Assembly: GCF_004010195.1 (NCBI RefSeq)
Contig: NC_057728.1
Location: 53,588,174 to 53,652,173 of the forward strand
DNA length: 64,000 nucleotides
Reading direction: 5' to 3'
From: Chiloscyllium plagiosum
Taxonomy: Eukaryota
Part shown: piece by piece, positions 1-13,829 of the stretch
How the letters are laid out: the number at the start of each line of letters is the position of its first letter
Position numbering within the stretch: position 1 is the first letter of the stretch
Made by a program: the position numbers and the translations under genes
The notes under the pieces: model-generated
Told to the model about the DNA's origin: nothing
Databases searched by the model: none
What the model saw: the letters and a program-made list of their open reading frames with translations, nothing else

Positions 1-340
1 GTTTCCTCATTTCTCCTTCCCCCACCTCACCCCAGCTCCAGCCTTCCAGCTCAGCACCACCCTCATGACCTGTCCTACCTGACTATCATCCTTTCCTCCT
101 ATCCACTCCACCCTCCTCTCTGACCTATCACCTTCATCCCCACCCCTATTCATCCATTGTACTCTTTGCTACCTTCCCCCACCCTCTTCTCTGACCTATC
201 ACCTCCATCCCCACCCCCATTCACTTATCCTACTCTATGTCGATTTTCCTGCTCCTCGGATGCTGCCTGACCTGCTGTGCTTTTTCAGCACCACTCTAAT
301 CCAGACTCTGGTTTCCAGCATCTACAGTCACTTTTTTTAC
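1..340 (+). mobile_element. Penelope-like element 3' end / pLTR fragment
   Basis: Same C-rich tract and ...cctgctcctcggatgctgcctgacctgctgtgc... terminus as the GIY-YIG-bearing copy at 24072-24986. Confidence 0.75.
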
Positions 341-379
341 CCAGTGTTACTGTCAGCTGAGATTATAACAATCTACATG

Positions 380-1010
380 ACTTAGAAACAGTTTAGAGAG
401 GATTCACTTGACTGGTGGCATAGGGCTTACGAGGAAAGGTCTAACAGGTTGTGCTTGTGTCTGTTGGAGCTTAAAAGAATAAGAGGTGTTCTTATTGAAG
501 CATATAAACTTCTGAAAAGACTTAACCATGTGGATGCTGAAAGGATGTTTCCCCTTGTGAAAGAGAATAGAACTAAGGGATACAATTTAAAAATAAGGGG
601 TCTCCTATTTAAGATGGAAAAGAGAAGATATTGTTTCTTTTGGAAGATTGAGAATCTTTGGAACTGTTTTCTAAAGAGAGTGAATGAAGCAGGGTCATTG
701 AATATTCTTAAGGCAGGGGAAATAGATTCTCAATTAACAAAGTTTATCATGGGTAGTAAGTAAGAAGTTGAGGCCGCAATGGGATGTATCATATTCTGTT
801 GAATGACAGGGTAGGCCCAAGTGACTGAATGGTAAAAACAAGGGTTGCAGGTGCTGGAACCCTGCAGGCACCCCGATTAAGGGCTTTTGCCCGAAACGTC
901 GATTTTCCTGCTCCTTGGATGCTGCCTGACCTGCTGTGCTTTTCCAGCATAACTCTAATCTAGGCCCAAGTGACTGAATGGCCTACTCCTGCTCTTAATT
1001 TGAATGTCAA
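380..1010 (+). mobile_element. Old CR1 3' fragment split by the 833-960 insertion
   Basis: RGVLIEAYK..RMFPLV..RTKGYNLKIRG. Confidence 0.7.
833..960. mobile_element. Short Penelope-like insertion with inverted end and 21-bp TSD
   Basis: TAGGCCCAAGTGACTGAATGG at 812-832 and 961-981, with pLTR sequence between. Confidence 0.8.
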
Positions 1011-1495
1011 TATGTACATTCAGATAGTTCTAACTAATCATGCCCCAGTGCCTCACTTGGCATCAGAGGTTAGCAACTGTACTGTTGCTGAGATCCATGT
1101 CCATAGTGTGAATGCTTGATGTGATCCCGAATAATGCATACAACTCTGATAGAATAGGAAAAGGTGATGATGAAATTTCATACCTATGCCAGCTGTCTAC
1201 TGCTGTAGATTCTCTCAAAACAACAACAGATTTGCTGCCACCTTGATCTGATGGCTTCAAGGCACAGTTTCCATGGTGTGGGAGTGGAATCTCTAACCAC
1301 CTCCATGGACCAAAAGTGGAAAGTCAGAGTGGCAAAGTGGATATGGGGAGGGAAAACCAAAGCCTAAGGCCTTGGCTTCTGAAGGTATGACTAGCAATGG
1401 TGAATCAATGAAAACTGGGGCCGGGCAAGAGGTCTGACTTGGAAGAATGTGGAAATTGTGGAGTATTTTTGTCGATTACAGAGATCATTATCATT

Positions 1496-1818
1496 GGGCA
1501 GCATGGTGGCTCAGTGGTTAGCACTGCAGCCTCAAAGCACCATGGACCCAGGTTCGATTCCAGCCTTAGGCAACTGTCTGTGTGGACTTTGCACATTCTC
1601 CCTGTGTCTGCGTGAGTTTCCTCCAGGTGCTCCAGTTTTCTCCCACAGTCCAAAGATGTGCAGGTCAGGTAAATTGGCCATTCTAAATTGCCCATAGTAT
1701 TAGGTGCATTAGTCAGAGGGGAATGAGTCCGCGTGGGTAACTCTTCGGAGGGTCGGTGTGGACTTGTTGGGCCAAAAGGCCTGTTTCCACACTGTAGGGA
1801 ATCTAATCTAATCTAATC
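1496..1818 (+). mobile_element. HE1-type tRNA-derived V-SINE
   Basis: A box TGGCTCAGTGG, B box GGTTCGATTCC, central tgtctgtgtgga..tttgcacattctccc core, (AATCT)n tail. Confidence 0.9.
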
Positions 1819-4297
1819 ATTAACAGCTGGTTGTGCTCCCAGGTGAGGAGGGAAGAACTGCTCCTCCTTTTTACACAACCTCGCTCTTAACTGGTTACAA
1901 CAAGGTTAATATGGAAAGAATTCTTTCCTTCATGGATACCTTTTCCCAGTCCAGATGTATTTATGCTTAAAAAGGAGCCAAATTAATGAGGCTTTCTTGA
2001 GTTACAAAGAGATTGCATTTATTAACTAGTAAACATGAAAAAAATAATAAAGTGCAACATACCTAGAGAGATTAGAAACATTTAAAAAGAGATACAAATC
2101 AATTACTCAGTTCCAAGAAGAGCAGATAGTGCAAATTTCAGCTATTCAGTTGGATGACAATGGTAATGCTGATACTGGTAGAGAAATAGCTGATTTCAAG
2201 ATTTTTGTTTCGTAAGTTAGCCAACAGACTTTTGTCCTGCCTCTTTTTCGATGGTGACTTCAGTGGCTTGCAGCAGTGAGAGAGAAGAGCATTTTTTCAC
2301 CTACAGTGCAGAGGTGCTTAATTGCTGTCCTCAAGCTGTGACCTTCACAGCACACTAGTCCACACCAACACATCAGTCAGTGACACATACAGACGAAAGG
2401 TTGCAACTGGCGTTTAACCATTTTCTGTGGCATTTGGCCACAGGAGATCACACTCCAGTTTATTTTGAACTGCATCTCTCCCTTAGGAGTGTTGTTATTC
2501 AAAATTGTCTTTGCACTTTTCTTGGTGTGATAGCTTTTGGTTCCTCTCAGGACTGCCAGACAGTCTCTGAGTTTACATCCACAGTCATCTTTTAGCTATA
2601 TGTCTTCTTTTTTAAAAAAAGCATTCTGTAATTAAAAGTTTCTTTTGCAACTGTATTTCCACAAACCACCCACTGTACCCTTTGGGGTCAATCCTAACAA
2701 TAACTCCTCTTCATGGTAGACAACCATGCTCAGAATTGTGATTTTATGAACAGTTAACTCTAATGATCTACCTAGATCTTCATTTGGGAGTCCAAATAAC
2801 ACACATACAAAATCTTAGTTGGCATCATTAATCCAGTGACAGCAGCTAAAGAGTAATGATTTAACATTGGACAAATTATAGACCTCTGAAAGTAAACTAA
2901 TGAAGCTCTTGATTTGACAGTTTAATAATTGCACTATATGTTATATCTTCTCTGTTACCTTGCTGATAGCATTGAGTCATAGAATAAAATCATAGAATCC
3001 CATCGAGCCTAGAATTTTACACAGTATTCCAACTCTCTGATATTATGCCGATTCTCCATTAAATTCCAAATTCATGTTCCATATCTATTGCCATGAAATC
3101 CAATTTTAAATGGTCTTACCTGTTTATAACATTGCCTTTATTTTCTGAATGCGAATTCTCAATTCAACATGGATAAACAATAACAGATGGATAAGATAGT
3201 TCATGATGATTTCTTAATGAAATTGTTCATTATTGGTTAAAATAATCTCTCTGAAACTCCTGGATGCTTACAGCATTGCCTTCTCTTGCATTGCTTTGCC
3301 TATTTGTTCTTTACCCCCTCAGCCAGAATATATCATACTTAGAGTACTTCTGCTTCCCTTGCCTTCAAGCACAAAGAAAGGAAGTTTGTTGGAGTTGTCA
3401 GCAGGGCTCAGCTAAGTCATTGGGTCATTGTTTCAAGCTCACTTTGTCAAGGGCAGCCTTTGATACCAGTCTCTTCCCTGCTTGGAGCAGCCTGAGATAG
3501 AATCCTCTTGTAATAAGTGTTGAGGAGCAGAATATTGGCAGTCCAGCGCATGTCTTGTAAATTTTTGCCCCACTGCGTGCTGTTTTCCTCCCAGAGGCAG
3601 GTATTAAAAGAGATGAAAGTAGACAAAGCTGTTACTTTTCCAGGATATCCTCTGAGTGGTGTGTTGGGTAGGGAATGGTGCATGAGGCCAGATTCAAATA
3701 TGATGGATACCATGGTAAATCTCCCCTGCATCCTCTCTTCCTAATACAGAATCCAGCTGTTATCCAGAATTTTTAAAATCAGAGACCGATTTTCAGCTTA
3801 AAGTTAACAGTGAGCTACAACAACATTTGTATGACAAGAACTTTCCTGTCAGTGTTTGAATTAATTTGACATAAGGTGGTTAACATCCAGATAATTTTGG
3901 AACGTAACAGCTTACATAAGATAATACAATAATAAAATTTGTGTAAATATCTGAATAAAAGTCGCCTTCATAGGATACGGGGTGTCAGATTGAGGTGGTT
4001 GCCTTTTAGTTAAACATATCGGAATGAAGATGAGCAGTCATCAGCTAAATCCCATTTGTTCTGGACAGAAGGGTCAAAGTCAATAAAGTTCCCGTTACAC
4101 AGCTCTTCCAGCTTTACCACAAAAGGACATGCCTGTGTTACACTGCAGATTCTGGGACAGCTTTTTATTTCATGGAACACAACCCATTTGAGAATCTTAC
4201 GATGCTGTGTGGCTTTTTGTGCCAGGACACTTGCAGACGTAATACAGTAGTATTAAGTTACGCGAGAGTAAACACTTTGTCCCAAACACCACTCAGG

Positions 4298-4324
4298 AGC
4301 AGCAGCAGCAGCAGCAGCAGCAGC
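4298..4324. repeat. (AGC)9 microsatellite
   Basis: Read directly from the sequence. Confidence 0.95.
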
Positions 4325-4372
4325 CACATACCAGGTCAACAGCCACCTCATTCAAGGGAAGCTCCTGCATCA

Positions 4373-4470
4373 GATAAATGAGCCTCCCTCTTGGAGTCCT
4401 GAATTCCATCATCACTAATCTACACCTTGTTACTTTGGACCATTTCAGAGGATAGCAGCAGAGGGTGAGT
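4373..4470 (+). promoter_or_regulatory. Probable promoter and non-coding first exon of the SLRP gene
   Basis: TATA-like GATAAAT at 4373-4379 and a consensus donor AGG|GTGAGT at 4465, about 1.25 kb upstream of the acceptor preceding the ATG. SLRP genes typically have a non-coding exon 1. Confidence 0.5.
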
Positions 4471-5717
4471 ATTTGGTCTTTGGATTTTTTAAAAACATCT
4501 AAAGGCATTCATTCTTTGGCTTTCACCAATGTAAAATTACAAGCCAAGCAATTAACTGCTCAAGTGTCAGTCTTATTTAACTGTTCTTGGCATCAAATTC
4601 TTCATCATCCTGCATGAAGGACAGCAGTAGTGAATCAGTCCAGATAATTCTTTTTGTATGGCAAATGCAAAACTGAAAGTGATGGCATTTGTTCATTATT
4701 AATAAAGTTAATGACTTTAATCGTGCTTGACCATTATAAACTAAATTCTATACAAGGACAAAAGGAAGAACAAAGAGCAAACTGTGTGCCCTTTTAAGCT
4801 AACAGGGAGAATGCCAGGAGCTTCATTCAGCCATGTAAAATAAGATCGATATGGAGAACTAAGCAAAGTAACATTGCTTGCCTGTTTTTGAAACTTTAAT
4901 TATCTCAATTCTCTTTATTTGCAAAAGGGGTTATGTGAGAGACACTAATGCTCCTGTAAAAAACCATGAAGGAAATCACTGATAAGCTTGACCCATTTTA
5001 TTTACACCAAAAAATAGAAATTATTTTCTGAATCTGAGGTAACCTCAGGTGTTCATTAAATTAAAAGTTGACTTGACTGCAGTCTTTGAGGTGCTAGTTT
5101 GACTCCATTTATAGTCCTTGAGCCACATTGAGTATATTGGCTATTAAGAGTCACAAGGCTTCACTGTGGTTTGTCTGTCTCAATATTTTACGTTTTGGCT
5201 TCAGAGTTTATGTGAAGAGGCCTGAAAAGGAAACCTATGTGAAAGCCATGGGTTGCACAGCAGTCCTCTGCTCCCAAAGGAATTTCATATAGTCATGACT
5301 AGAGAAACACCATACACAGACCTGCTTTCATGCAGAAAATTCTGACTGTAAATAGAAATGCAATGAAAAAAAAGCAGCCAGCCTGCACTGGCTGAGTATA
5401 GTTTGCTATGCATGTATACAAGAAGGTGTTATTTGAGATGGAAATAACTTTTTTGAAGAAACAAGCATTTGAATTATATCAGCTTTGTCTGAAGTAGCTT
5501 CTTTCCTTCAGTATAATTATATTCTTGCTTTATAAATTGCACAGAATAAGTACTTCATTATGAAAAGATTGTAATTAAGCTACAGCAAAAAAAAAACTGT
5601 GATGAAATTTTAGCTGCACAAATTATGAATAGATTTCTTGTAAATTATTGCAATACAGCATTGCCATTCTCTGAAGTATTAATGGAACAATTTATTTATC
5701 TCTTCAAGCATTCAAGA

Positions 5718-5924
5718 ATGAAGACCTTTGCCTCTATAGTACTGTTGGGACTTCTAATGCTGGAAATTGTTCTTGCTGCCCCTACAAAAAATGAAGAGAA
5801 AGCAAGGAAATTGAAACAGATACAATTATTACCTAATGATTTTTTAGAAGAACACGGTTATGTGAATCAGGATCCAAGAAATTTCTTTGAGTATGAGGAT
5901 GGGCTGATTATTGACGAACCACTG
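5718..5924 (+). CDS. EPYC: Class III SLRP (epiphycan-like), first coding exon: signal peptide and acidic N-terminus
   Basis: ATG at 5718 gives MKTFASIVLLGLLMLEIVLAAP (hydrophobic signal peptide resembling the EPYC start). Acceptor ttcaag ends at 5708; donor CTG|gtaatg at 5925; phase 0 fits the next exon. Confidence 0.85.
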
Positions 5925-8149
5925 GTAATGAATGGTTTTATCTTTTCCAAAGACAAATGATCTGTTACATACTTCTGCTTTTAACTCTGCAAAAATTAAG
6001 TTCCTATCATTTTGACTATTTAATATTGAGCTTTGTCACAGTGCCAAATATACCTATCCCATTTTTATACTGGCAATGGCTTCTAGGGAATATTATATAG
6101 TTTGCACTATGTCGGTGTTGTTTATTAAATTAGCCTTGGTTCCAGTGGTTAGGTATCTGTAAGGAATTGGCGGTTAAAGTTAATGAATCATTCAGTGTTG
6201 GAAGCTAGTTTTGACTGAATATATCACCTTTCCTTTGATAATGTCTCAAAATAGAATCTTATTAACTTCTGTGGATCTATTGTTGGAGAATTATGATTTT
6301 TTTTCCATTCATGAACATGATGCCATAGAAAAGTAAATACTACAGCATGTGACAGTTCTACTCCTCAGCAATCATTTTATTCTATTCAGCTTGTAGAACA
6401 AATGTACCTTTGGACAATTATATGATATAATGCATTAGTCTTTAAAAATAATTCTATTAGAATCTAATTTACTCAGTGTTCTATTTTAGAAACTTTCCCT
6501 AATGAACTGAGTAGAGTGCTGAGTTCTGAGCTTGTTGTTCGAACAGTCACTTCAGTTGAATTTTCCCCAAACCTGATTTCAACAGTTTGGTTCTGGAATG
6601 TGACCTTTTTGACCAGCATGATGGGCTCAACACTAATGAACCAAAGATGGCAAAGTTTAATTCACTGCCTACAGACAGCTCAGGAATTACAGACAGTTAG
6701 ACGTTCCTGTTCACAGGCTATCAATTAAGCTCACTAGACTGAACGCCTGCAGTTTCAATCAGTAGGTGGAACAAAGCAAGTTTCCCATTGCCCATGTATC
6801 TAAGAAAAATAATTAGAATGAACCTTCCACTTCTAGTAGGTGACTGCATCAGATGTTTGATAAACTTTATAGATTATAGTTGAAAAATATCTTTATGATA
6901 AAGTACTTGTTGCTTCCAAGTTGTAAGTTGTTCCAAGTAAAAGAATGTGATATCAAAAGAAGAGTTCATTTGACTGATTTTGAAATGTAGTTACAAAGTA
7001 CTGTAAACTGTGTAGCAAACCTGGCCAAGATTACACTCTCATTAGCACCAAACCCTAATCCCAAGCCCCACTTCACAGCTCTATATGTTGACTCTTCAAC
7101 AAATCGTTTAGATGACAAGGACCCCTTACCTTCCAAGTTGGTTGGAACAAATTCCATGCCACTATTCTGAGGTCTTGGTCAATATTGTACCCCACCCACC
7201 ACCCTACATCAACTTTGAATTATATTATGTTGTCATTAATCTAATTGCAATTTGTGAAAAGCCTAACCTTGAATGGAAGCATCATGAATTATGTCCGAAC
7301 TGCTTGAATGCAAGAGATGAATTGCAATTTTAGAAACCGGTGTCAAATCTTGAATATTACAATTTGATTCTCTAAAAAAGACTAGTTCTGCCTAAGTTGC
7401 AAATCAAAAGCAATTTTATTTTGCTATTAAAGATATATGGACTTAGGAAGAACAATGCATGCTTTCTCCGTTTGTAGCATTTTATCAAAGTACTAACCTG
7501 AAGCTCTGACAATGGGAGTTTGAACCCTAGTAACAAAATTGCTTATATTTTAGTTTGTTAAGGACTTATGAAGGTTCTGGGTGGAGAATCATTCAAGAGT
7601 GACTGAAGCAGCATTCTTTTCCAGAGAAAAGATGAGATTAGAAAAATCATTGTATGAAATAGCAACTAATTAGAATTTTTGATTAATAAAGACAAATTAC
7701 TTTTTTGACTGTTGTTCAAAATTCAAATTAATCTATGTCTTTACAGAACCTGGGCACTGCAATTTTAAAAGAAAATTCAGAATCACACTTGTCAGGGGAA
7801 GGCAGACTCATTCCCAGATGGAAATAATCAAGAGCACTATAACTCTCCTTTAGAACTGGACTCGATCCATTAACTCTCGAAACTTTAATTCTAGTTTCTC
7901 TCTCTTTAGGTGCTGCCAGACCAACTGAGTTTCTCCAGCACTTTCTGTGGAAATCAGTGATGTTTCCATGGTCCTGTTCAGATATGCAGGCCTCTGCTGC
8001 AAATGAGCATCCGCATTTAGTGAGGTCAGGAATGCCTGCAGGCATTTAATTTTTATTCTTTCACGGGAATTTGAGTGTTGGAGGCCAGGTCTGAATTACC
8101 TGCACATTCTTATCTGCCCTTGTGGAAGTGGTGATGAATCATCTTTAAA

Positions 8150-8800
8150 AGTAGCACAAGTGACTAGGCCAATCTAACTATTGCTACTTGACATTCAATG
8201 GTGTTAGCACTGAATCCCCCACTATCACAACCCTAGAGTTATCATTGACTAGAAACACATCTGGACTCACTACATAAACACAGTGGCTACAAAAGCAAGT
8301 CAGAGGCTAGGAGTATTGCAAAGAGTAACTCACTTCCTGACTCCCCAAAGCCTGTTCACCATCTACAAGGCACAAATCAGGAGTGTGATGGAATACTCCC
8401 CACTTGCCTGGATGAGTGCAGCTCCAACAACACTCAAAAAGCTTGATATCATCAAGCACAAAGAAGTCTGCTTGATTGGCACTACATCCACACCCTCCAC
8501 GACCGACGTTCAGTAGCAGCAGTTTGTACCATCTATAAGGTGTATGAAGACATTCATCAAAGATTCTCAGACAACACCTTCTAAACACTCACCATCTTAA
8601 CATGGAAATACATAATTGTTCCTTCACTATTGCTGGGTCAAACTCCTGGAATTCCCTCCCTAATGGCATTGTGGGTCAACCCACAGCAGGTGGACCGCAG
8701 CAGTTCAAGAAGGAAGTTCACCACCGCCTTCTCCAGGACTAGGGATGGGCAATAAATGCTGGCTAGCCAGCGATGTCCACATTCCACAAATGAATTGTAA
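8150..8800 (+). mobile_element. CR1/L2-group LINE 3' end (YKAQIRSVMEY type)
   Basis: ORF 8283-8516 and tail gggcaataaatgctggc. Related copies at ~12990-13828(-), 17920-18265(+), 31575-31920(+) and 53810-54905(+). Confidence 0.75.
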
Positions 8801-9045
8801 GAAGTTCAGAGGGCAGTTAAGAATCAACTGTAAGTTGGCCTGAAGTCATCTATAGGTCAGACTGGAGAAGGTTGACAGATATCTTACCTACAAAGATTTT
8901 AATGAGGCAAGCAATCTTGCCCTTTCATAGCTTTCATTAATAATAATGGCTTTTCATTTCAGTTTTATTTAGTTAACTAAATTTAGATTCCCTTGCTACC
9001 AGTGGAATTTTATCTCCTTGCTTTGGATAGGTTCAGGCTAGCGAT

Positions 9046-10520
9046 GAAAATGTGTTTCTGGAAAAGCGCAGCAGGTCAGGCAGCATCCAGGGAACAGGAG
9101 AATCGACGTTTCGGGCATAAGCCCTTCTTCAGGAATGAGGAAAGTTTGTCCAGCAGGCTAAGATAAAAGGTAGGGAGCATGAGGCGGCGCCGATACAGTC
9201 ATCGATGTACATGGGCACCCGCATGGGCCCCAGCTATGCCTGCCTCTTCGTAGGATATGTGGAACAATCCATCTTCCGCAACTACACTGGCCCCACCCCC
9301 CACCTTTTCCTCCGCTACATCAATGACTGTATCGGCGCCGCCTTGTGCTCCCACGAGGAGGTTGAACAGTTCACCCACTTCACCCACACCTTCCACCCCG
9401 ACCTCAAATTCACCTGGACAGTCTCAGATTCCTCCCTCCCCTTCCCAGACCTTTCTATTTCTATCTCAGGCGACCGAATCAACACAGACATCTACTACAA
9501 ACCAACCGACTCCCACAGCTACCTGGACTACACCTCCTCCCACCCTGACCCCTGTAAAAACGCCATCCCATTCCCNNNNNNNNNNNNNNNNNNNNNNNNN
9601 NNNNNNNNNNNNNNNNNNNNNNNNNNNNNNNNNNNNNNNNNNNNNNNNNNNNNNNNNNNNNNNNNNNNNNNNNNNNNNNNNNNNNNNNNNNNNNNNNNNN
9701 NNNNNNNNNNNNNNNNNNNNNNNNNNNNNNNNNNNNNNNNNNNNNNNNNNNNNNNNNNNNNNNNNNNNNNNNNNNNNNNNNNNNNNNNNNNNNNNNNNNN
9801 NNNNNNNNNNNNNNNNNNNNNNNNNNNNNNNNNNNNNNNNNNNNNNNNNNNNNNNNNNNNNNNNNNNNNNNNNNNNNNNNNNNNNNNNNNNNNNNNNNNN
9901 NNNNNNNNNNNNNNNNNNNNNNNNNNNNNNNNNNNNNNNNNNNNNNNNNNNNNNNNNNNNNNNNNNNNNNNNNNNNNNNNNNNNNNNNNNNNNNNNNNNN
10001 NNNNNNNNNNNNNNNNNNNNNNNNNNNNNNNNNNNNNNNNNNNNNNNNNNNNNNNNNNNNNNNNNNNNNNNNNNNNNNNNNNNNNNNNNNNNNNNNNNNN
10101 NNNNNNNNNNNNNNNNNNNNNNNNNNNNNNNNNNNNNNNNNNNNNNNNNNNNNNNNNNNNNNNNNNNNNNNNNNNNNNNNNNNNNNNNNNNNNNNNNNNN
10201 NNNNNNNNNNNNNNNNNNNNNNNNNNNNNNNNNNNNNNNNNNNNNNNNNNNNNNNNNNNNNNNNCCGCCCCCACCCCAGTCTGACCTATCACCCTCACCT
10301 TGACCTCTTTCCACCTATCACATTTCCGACGCCCCTCCCCCAAGTCCCTCCTCCCTACCTTTTATCTTAGCCTGCTGGACAAACTTTCCTCATTCCTGAA
10401 GAAGGGCTTATGCCCGAAACGTCGATTCTCCTGTTCCCTGGATGCTGCCTGATGTGCTGCGCTTTTCCAGCAACACATTTTCAGCTCTGATCTCCAGCAT
10501 CTGCAGACCTCACTTTCTCC
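9046..10520 (+). mobile_element. Penelope-like element with RT fragment, inverted pLTR and 13-bp TSD
   Basis: MGTRMGPSYACLFVG...FLRYINDC (PLE RT, RYIDD-like) and YYKPTDSHSYL. 9046-9175 is the reverse complement of ~10355-10485. TSD TCAGGCTAGCGAT at 9033-9045 and 10521-10533. Confidence 0.9.
9576..10264. other. Assembly gap (N run)
   Basis: Run of n inside a Penelope-like element. Confidence 1.
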
Positions 10521-13500
10521 TCAGGCTAGCGATAACTAGGCCACTAACATAGCCATTTTACTTCCATACCACTAGTTCTGCCATGAGGTATGAAATTTTG
10601 TGGAGCTCAATCTCCCACCTCAGAAAGTGAGAAAGTAAGAAGGAATTAAATTGCTTTCAATTAGTGTTTTTCAAACCTTGGGGCGCTATCCAAAAGCATT
10701 TCACAGCCAGTGTGGTCCTTTTGTGGTGTCGATACTGATGTCATATGGATGACTGCCAACTAAATGTCCTCCTGCCAGGCATACTGCCTTGCCTGCGCTT
10801 CAGACATATAAAACTATCTCTGCCTTGTTAGCAAATATCAATGATAACCCGTCAGGGTCAAACTGGTTCAAAATGCCCTGATATAAGCTTGCAGAACATA
10901 ATCACAAAAAACATACACCATTTAAAACATAATTGTAGTTTGTGAAATATTTACATCAGAATTTTTAATTAGCTTTTTTAAGGAAAAGACATATAATGTC
11001 AGATTTTGCTGAAGAAATAATGATGATTAAATGGCATTAATTATTATTAATATGCAAATCAATTCTTAACTTGTGGAAAAGAAGAACTACCACGTGAATT
11101 GCAAATCCCCAAACATAATTGAAGACCTTTGGTTAACTTCATGAAAACAATTCTTGCTGTTAGTGTCTTTTGATTTTATGAACTTGCTACGTTCATAGAT
11201 TGATTATCCAAAAACTCATCACAGCAAAGTCTTGTAATTGCAAGTACTCTTTAATAACATGATCATTGTTAATGTAATGTTAATGAACCTCTCTGGCCCA
11301 GCAGTACTATGCATTGTTTTTAGAAGTCATGACAGCGTCAAACTTTAAAATAATTTGTTTTCTTACTTTCCTTTCTATCTCTTTTTCCCCCAAAGTTAAT
11401 CATTCATTCACTCCTTCGTCTTTCATTACTTGAATATTAGATGCATTCCTCTTTCATCCTCCCTCTGAATCTGTTCCATTTACACCTCTTTTTAAAGTAA
11501 TTTGTCAAGTAAGTACACTGATTGTCCCACTGCTCCCCAAAATTCAAAATGTATGGTGGGCCTTACCATGTTGTTGCAAGATCATGCTTCAAACAACTTT
11601 CTTGTAAAAGATGTTAGAATCTAAATCAAGCATAATAGGTTTAACTAACGGGGTGAAGTTGCAACATGCTCTGCGTTATCCTGTAATATGTTCTGCCCAT
11701 GTGTTAACAGTTGTGTATTGTGTGCCTCGCCATTTGATAGAGTAAGATTTCAAGAATGAAGCATCAACCCAGAACAATTTCTTTTAAAAAGAAATTATGA
11801 ACATTATATTATAAGTTAGCCACTTGAAGGGCAAGCCTTAAATTTACTTTATTAGGAGCAAAAAATTACAAAAACAAAAGACATTCTTCAACCCAGGTTG
11901 ATGCTAGATAAATGAAACCGCTTCCGTTGCAACTGAAAAAATGCCTGCTGCAGGAAAAACTAACACATTAGATAATTTGTAAAACAGATCCACTCGATGC
12001 CAACCTGGCTCAGGGCATCCTGTTTGAGATGGTTTGTCAGGAAAACTTCCAATGTTGTACAGATGTGAAGAAATTATTTCTCTGAGGGTTCTGCAGCTTT
12101 GGAACTCTCTGCTTCAGAAGGCATTGCAGGCTGGGTAATTGAATATGTTCAAGATGAAGGCAGTAAGATTCTTGTTAGGCAGGGGAATCAAAGATTACCA
12201 AGAATAGGTGGGAACGTGGAATTTGAAACACAAACAGATTGGCCATGAATGATGGAGCATTCGCGGGATCAAATGGTCTATGCCTGCTCCATCTGCATTG
12301 GGACTTATTACAAAGATGGACATTTGACAATCATTTAGATTTCTGTAGCCTAACTCTGTACCTCAGGAACTTTAATAAATTGCACGGCAATAATGTATCA
12401 AAGGATAAAAATGTCAAGTAAAGAGATTTTAACCGAAGCAACCAAACTTGGACAGCAGGTAAGTTTTTAAGAAGTTTCTTTGAGGAAATCAGACAGGTAG
12501 TGAGGCACAGAGGTCTCGAACATAAAGTCTGTTCAGCTGAAACTACAGCAGCAGATGGTGGAGAGATTAAAATTGAGAACATTCAAGACCAAAACAGGAG
12601 AGTTTCAAAATTGAGGTATTACTTCACCAGGACACTAAGTGGTCAGCAAGTGCAGTGAACTGCTGATTCACTGTAACCTCTCCTGTTAGGTCAGGGTTCA
12701 AGTCATCAATACAAAGACACCATCCTCCTACCCAGCCTTTTGCAGCCTTTTCCAGTTTTAAGCTAATATAATCTCTTACGTAATGAACTAATTCTTGTTA
12801 CTCAAGTATGTACCCCTTCTGTTGAAAACTTTATAGTGATTCATCCTTCATCAATTAATAATGGAAAGCCCTGTAGATTAGCATTACAAGACTCTACAAG
12901 CAAGGGATGTACCTCCGTAGATCAAAGTCTCTGAGATAATGAATAATTCTGATAGAGTGTTCCCTATCTAATGCAAGTTTTAAATTAATTTGTGTGAAGA
13001 GGGCATCACTGGTGAGTTACTGCCCATTGCTAATTGCCCTTGAGAAGATGATAGGCAGTGGCCTTTTTGAAACCTTGCAGTCCATCTGGTGGCAGTATAC
13101 ATCCACAATATTTTGCAAAAAAGAGTTCAAGGATTGTCATATCAGTCTAAGTCACGATGCTGTGTGGTTTGGAGAGAAACTTGCAGAAGGTGCTGCTCCC
13201 ATGAGCTGCTGCTGATTCGCTTCTAGGAGGTAGAGGTCAGGCGTTTGGACAGTAGTGTTGAAGAAAGATTATGAGCTGTTGCTGATAGTATGATATACTA
13301 TCTGGTATATAGTACACATTATTGCTGCTACACACCAATGGTGAAGAAAATTACTGATTAAGTGTGATTGGGCTGTTTTGTCATAGATGGTGCTGAGTTT
13401 CCTGAGCATTGTTGGAGTTCCTCTCATCCAGGCAAAAGGAGAATATTCTTTCACACTCCAAATTTGTGCCTTGTAGATGGTAAATCTGGGGAATCAGGAG

Positions 13501-13829
13501 ATTATCTACTCGCCAGAGAATTCCTAGTCCTTTCCTGTGTTTTTTTTAAACCGCAGTATGACTGGTCCAGTTCAATTTCTGGTCAATGGTGGTCCCTAGA
13601 ATGGTGATAACGGAGGATTCAGAGATGACACTGCCTTTTATTGTCAAGGGAGATTCTCTCTAGCTGGAGATGATTTTTGCCTGACAATTGTGTGGCGCAA
13701 ATGTTACCTGCAACTTAACAGGGCAAGCACGAATGTTGTCCAGGTCTTCCTGTATTTGGAAAAGGACTGTTTCATTTTTAGTGTAGTTCTGAACACTGGA
13801 ATCATCTGTGAACATCCCCACTTCTGATG

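Noticed and set aside
1496..1570. tRNA gene
   Set aside because: The A/B boxes belong to a SINE head that continues into the SINE core and tail; the same applies at 48822 and other copies.
1844..2713. Possible solo LTR (TGAGGAGG...CCTCTTCA, minus-strand AATAAA near 2020)
   Set aside because: No matching TSD and no second copy in the window; unverified.
3233..3744. Overlapping short ORFs on both strands upstream of the gene
   Set aside because: No recognisable domain in the frames I translated and no convincing exon structure; cannot be supported as coding.
5625..5717. N-terminal extension from the upstream ATG in the ORF track
   Set aside because: It runs through the splice acceptor region; the signal peptide begins at ATG 5718.
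9205..10343. Long ORFs of 271-359 aa
   Set aside because: Their length is an artefact of the N gap; only the first ~120 aa of the + frame is real Penelope RT.
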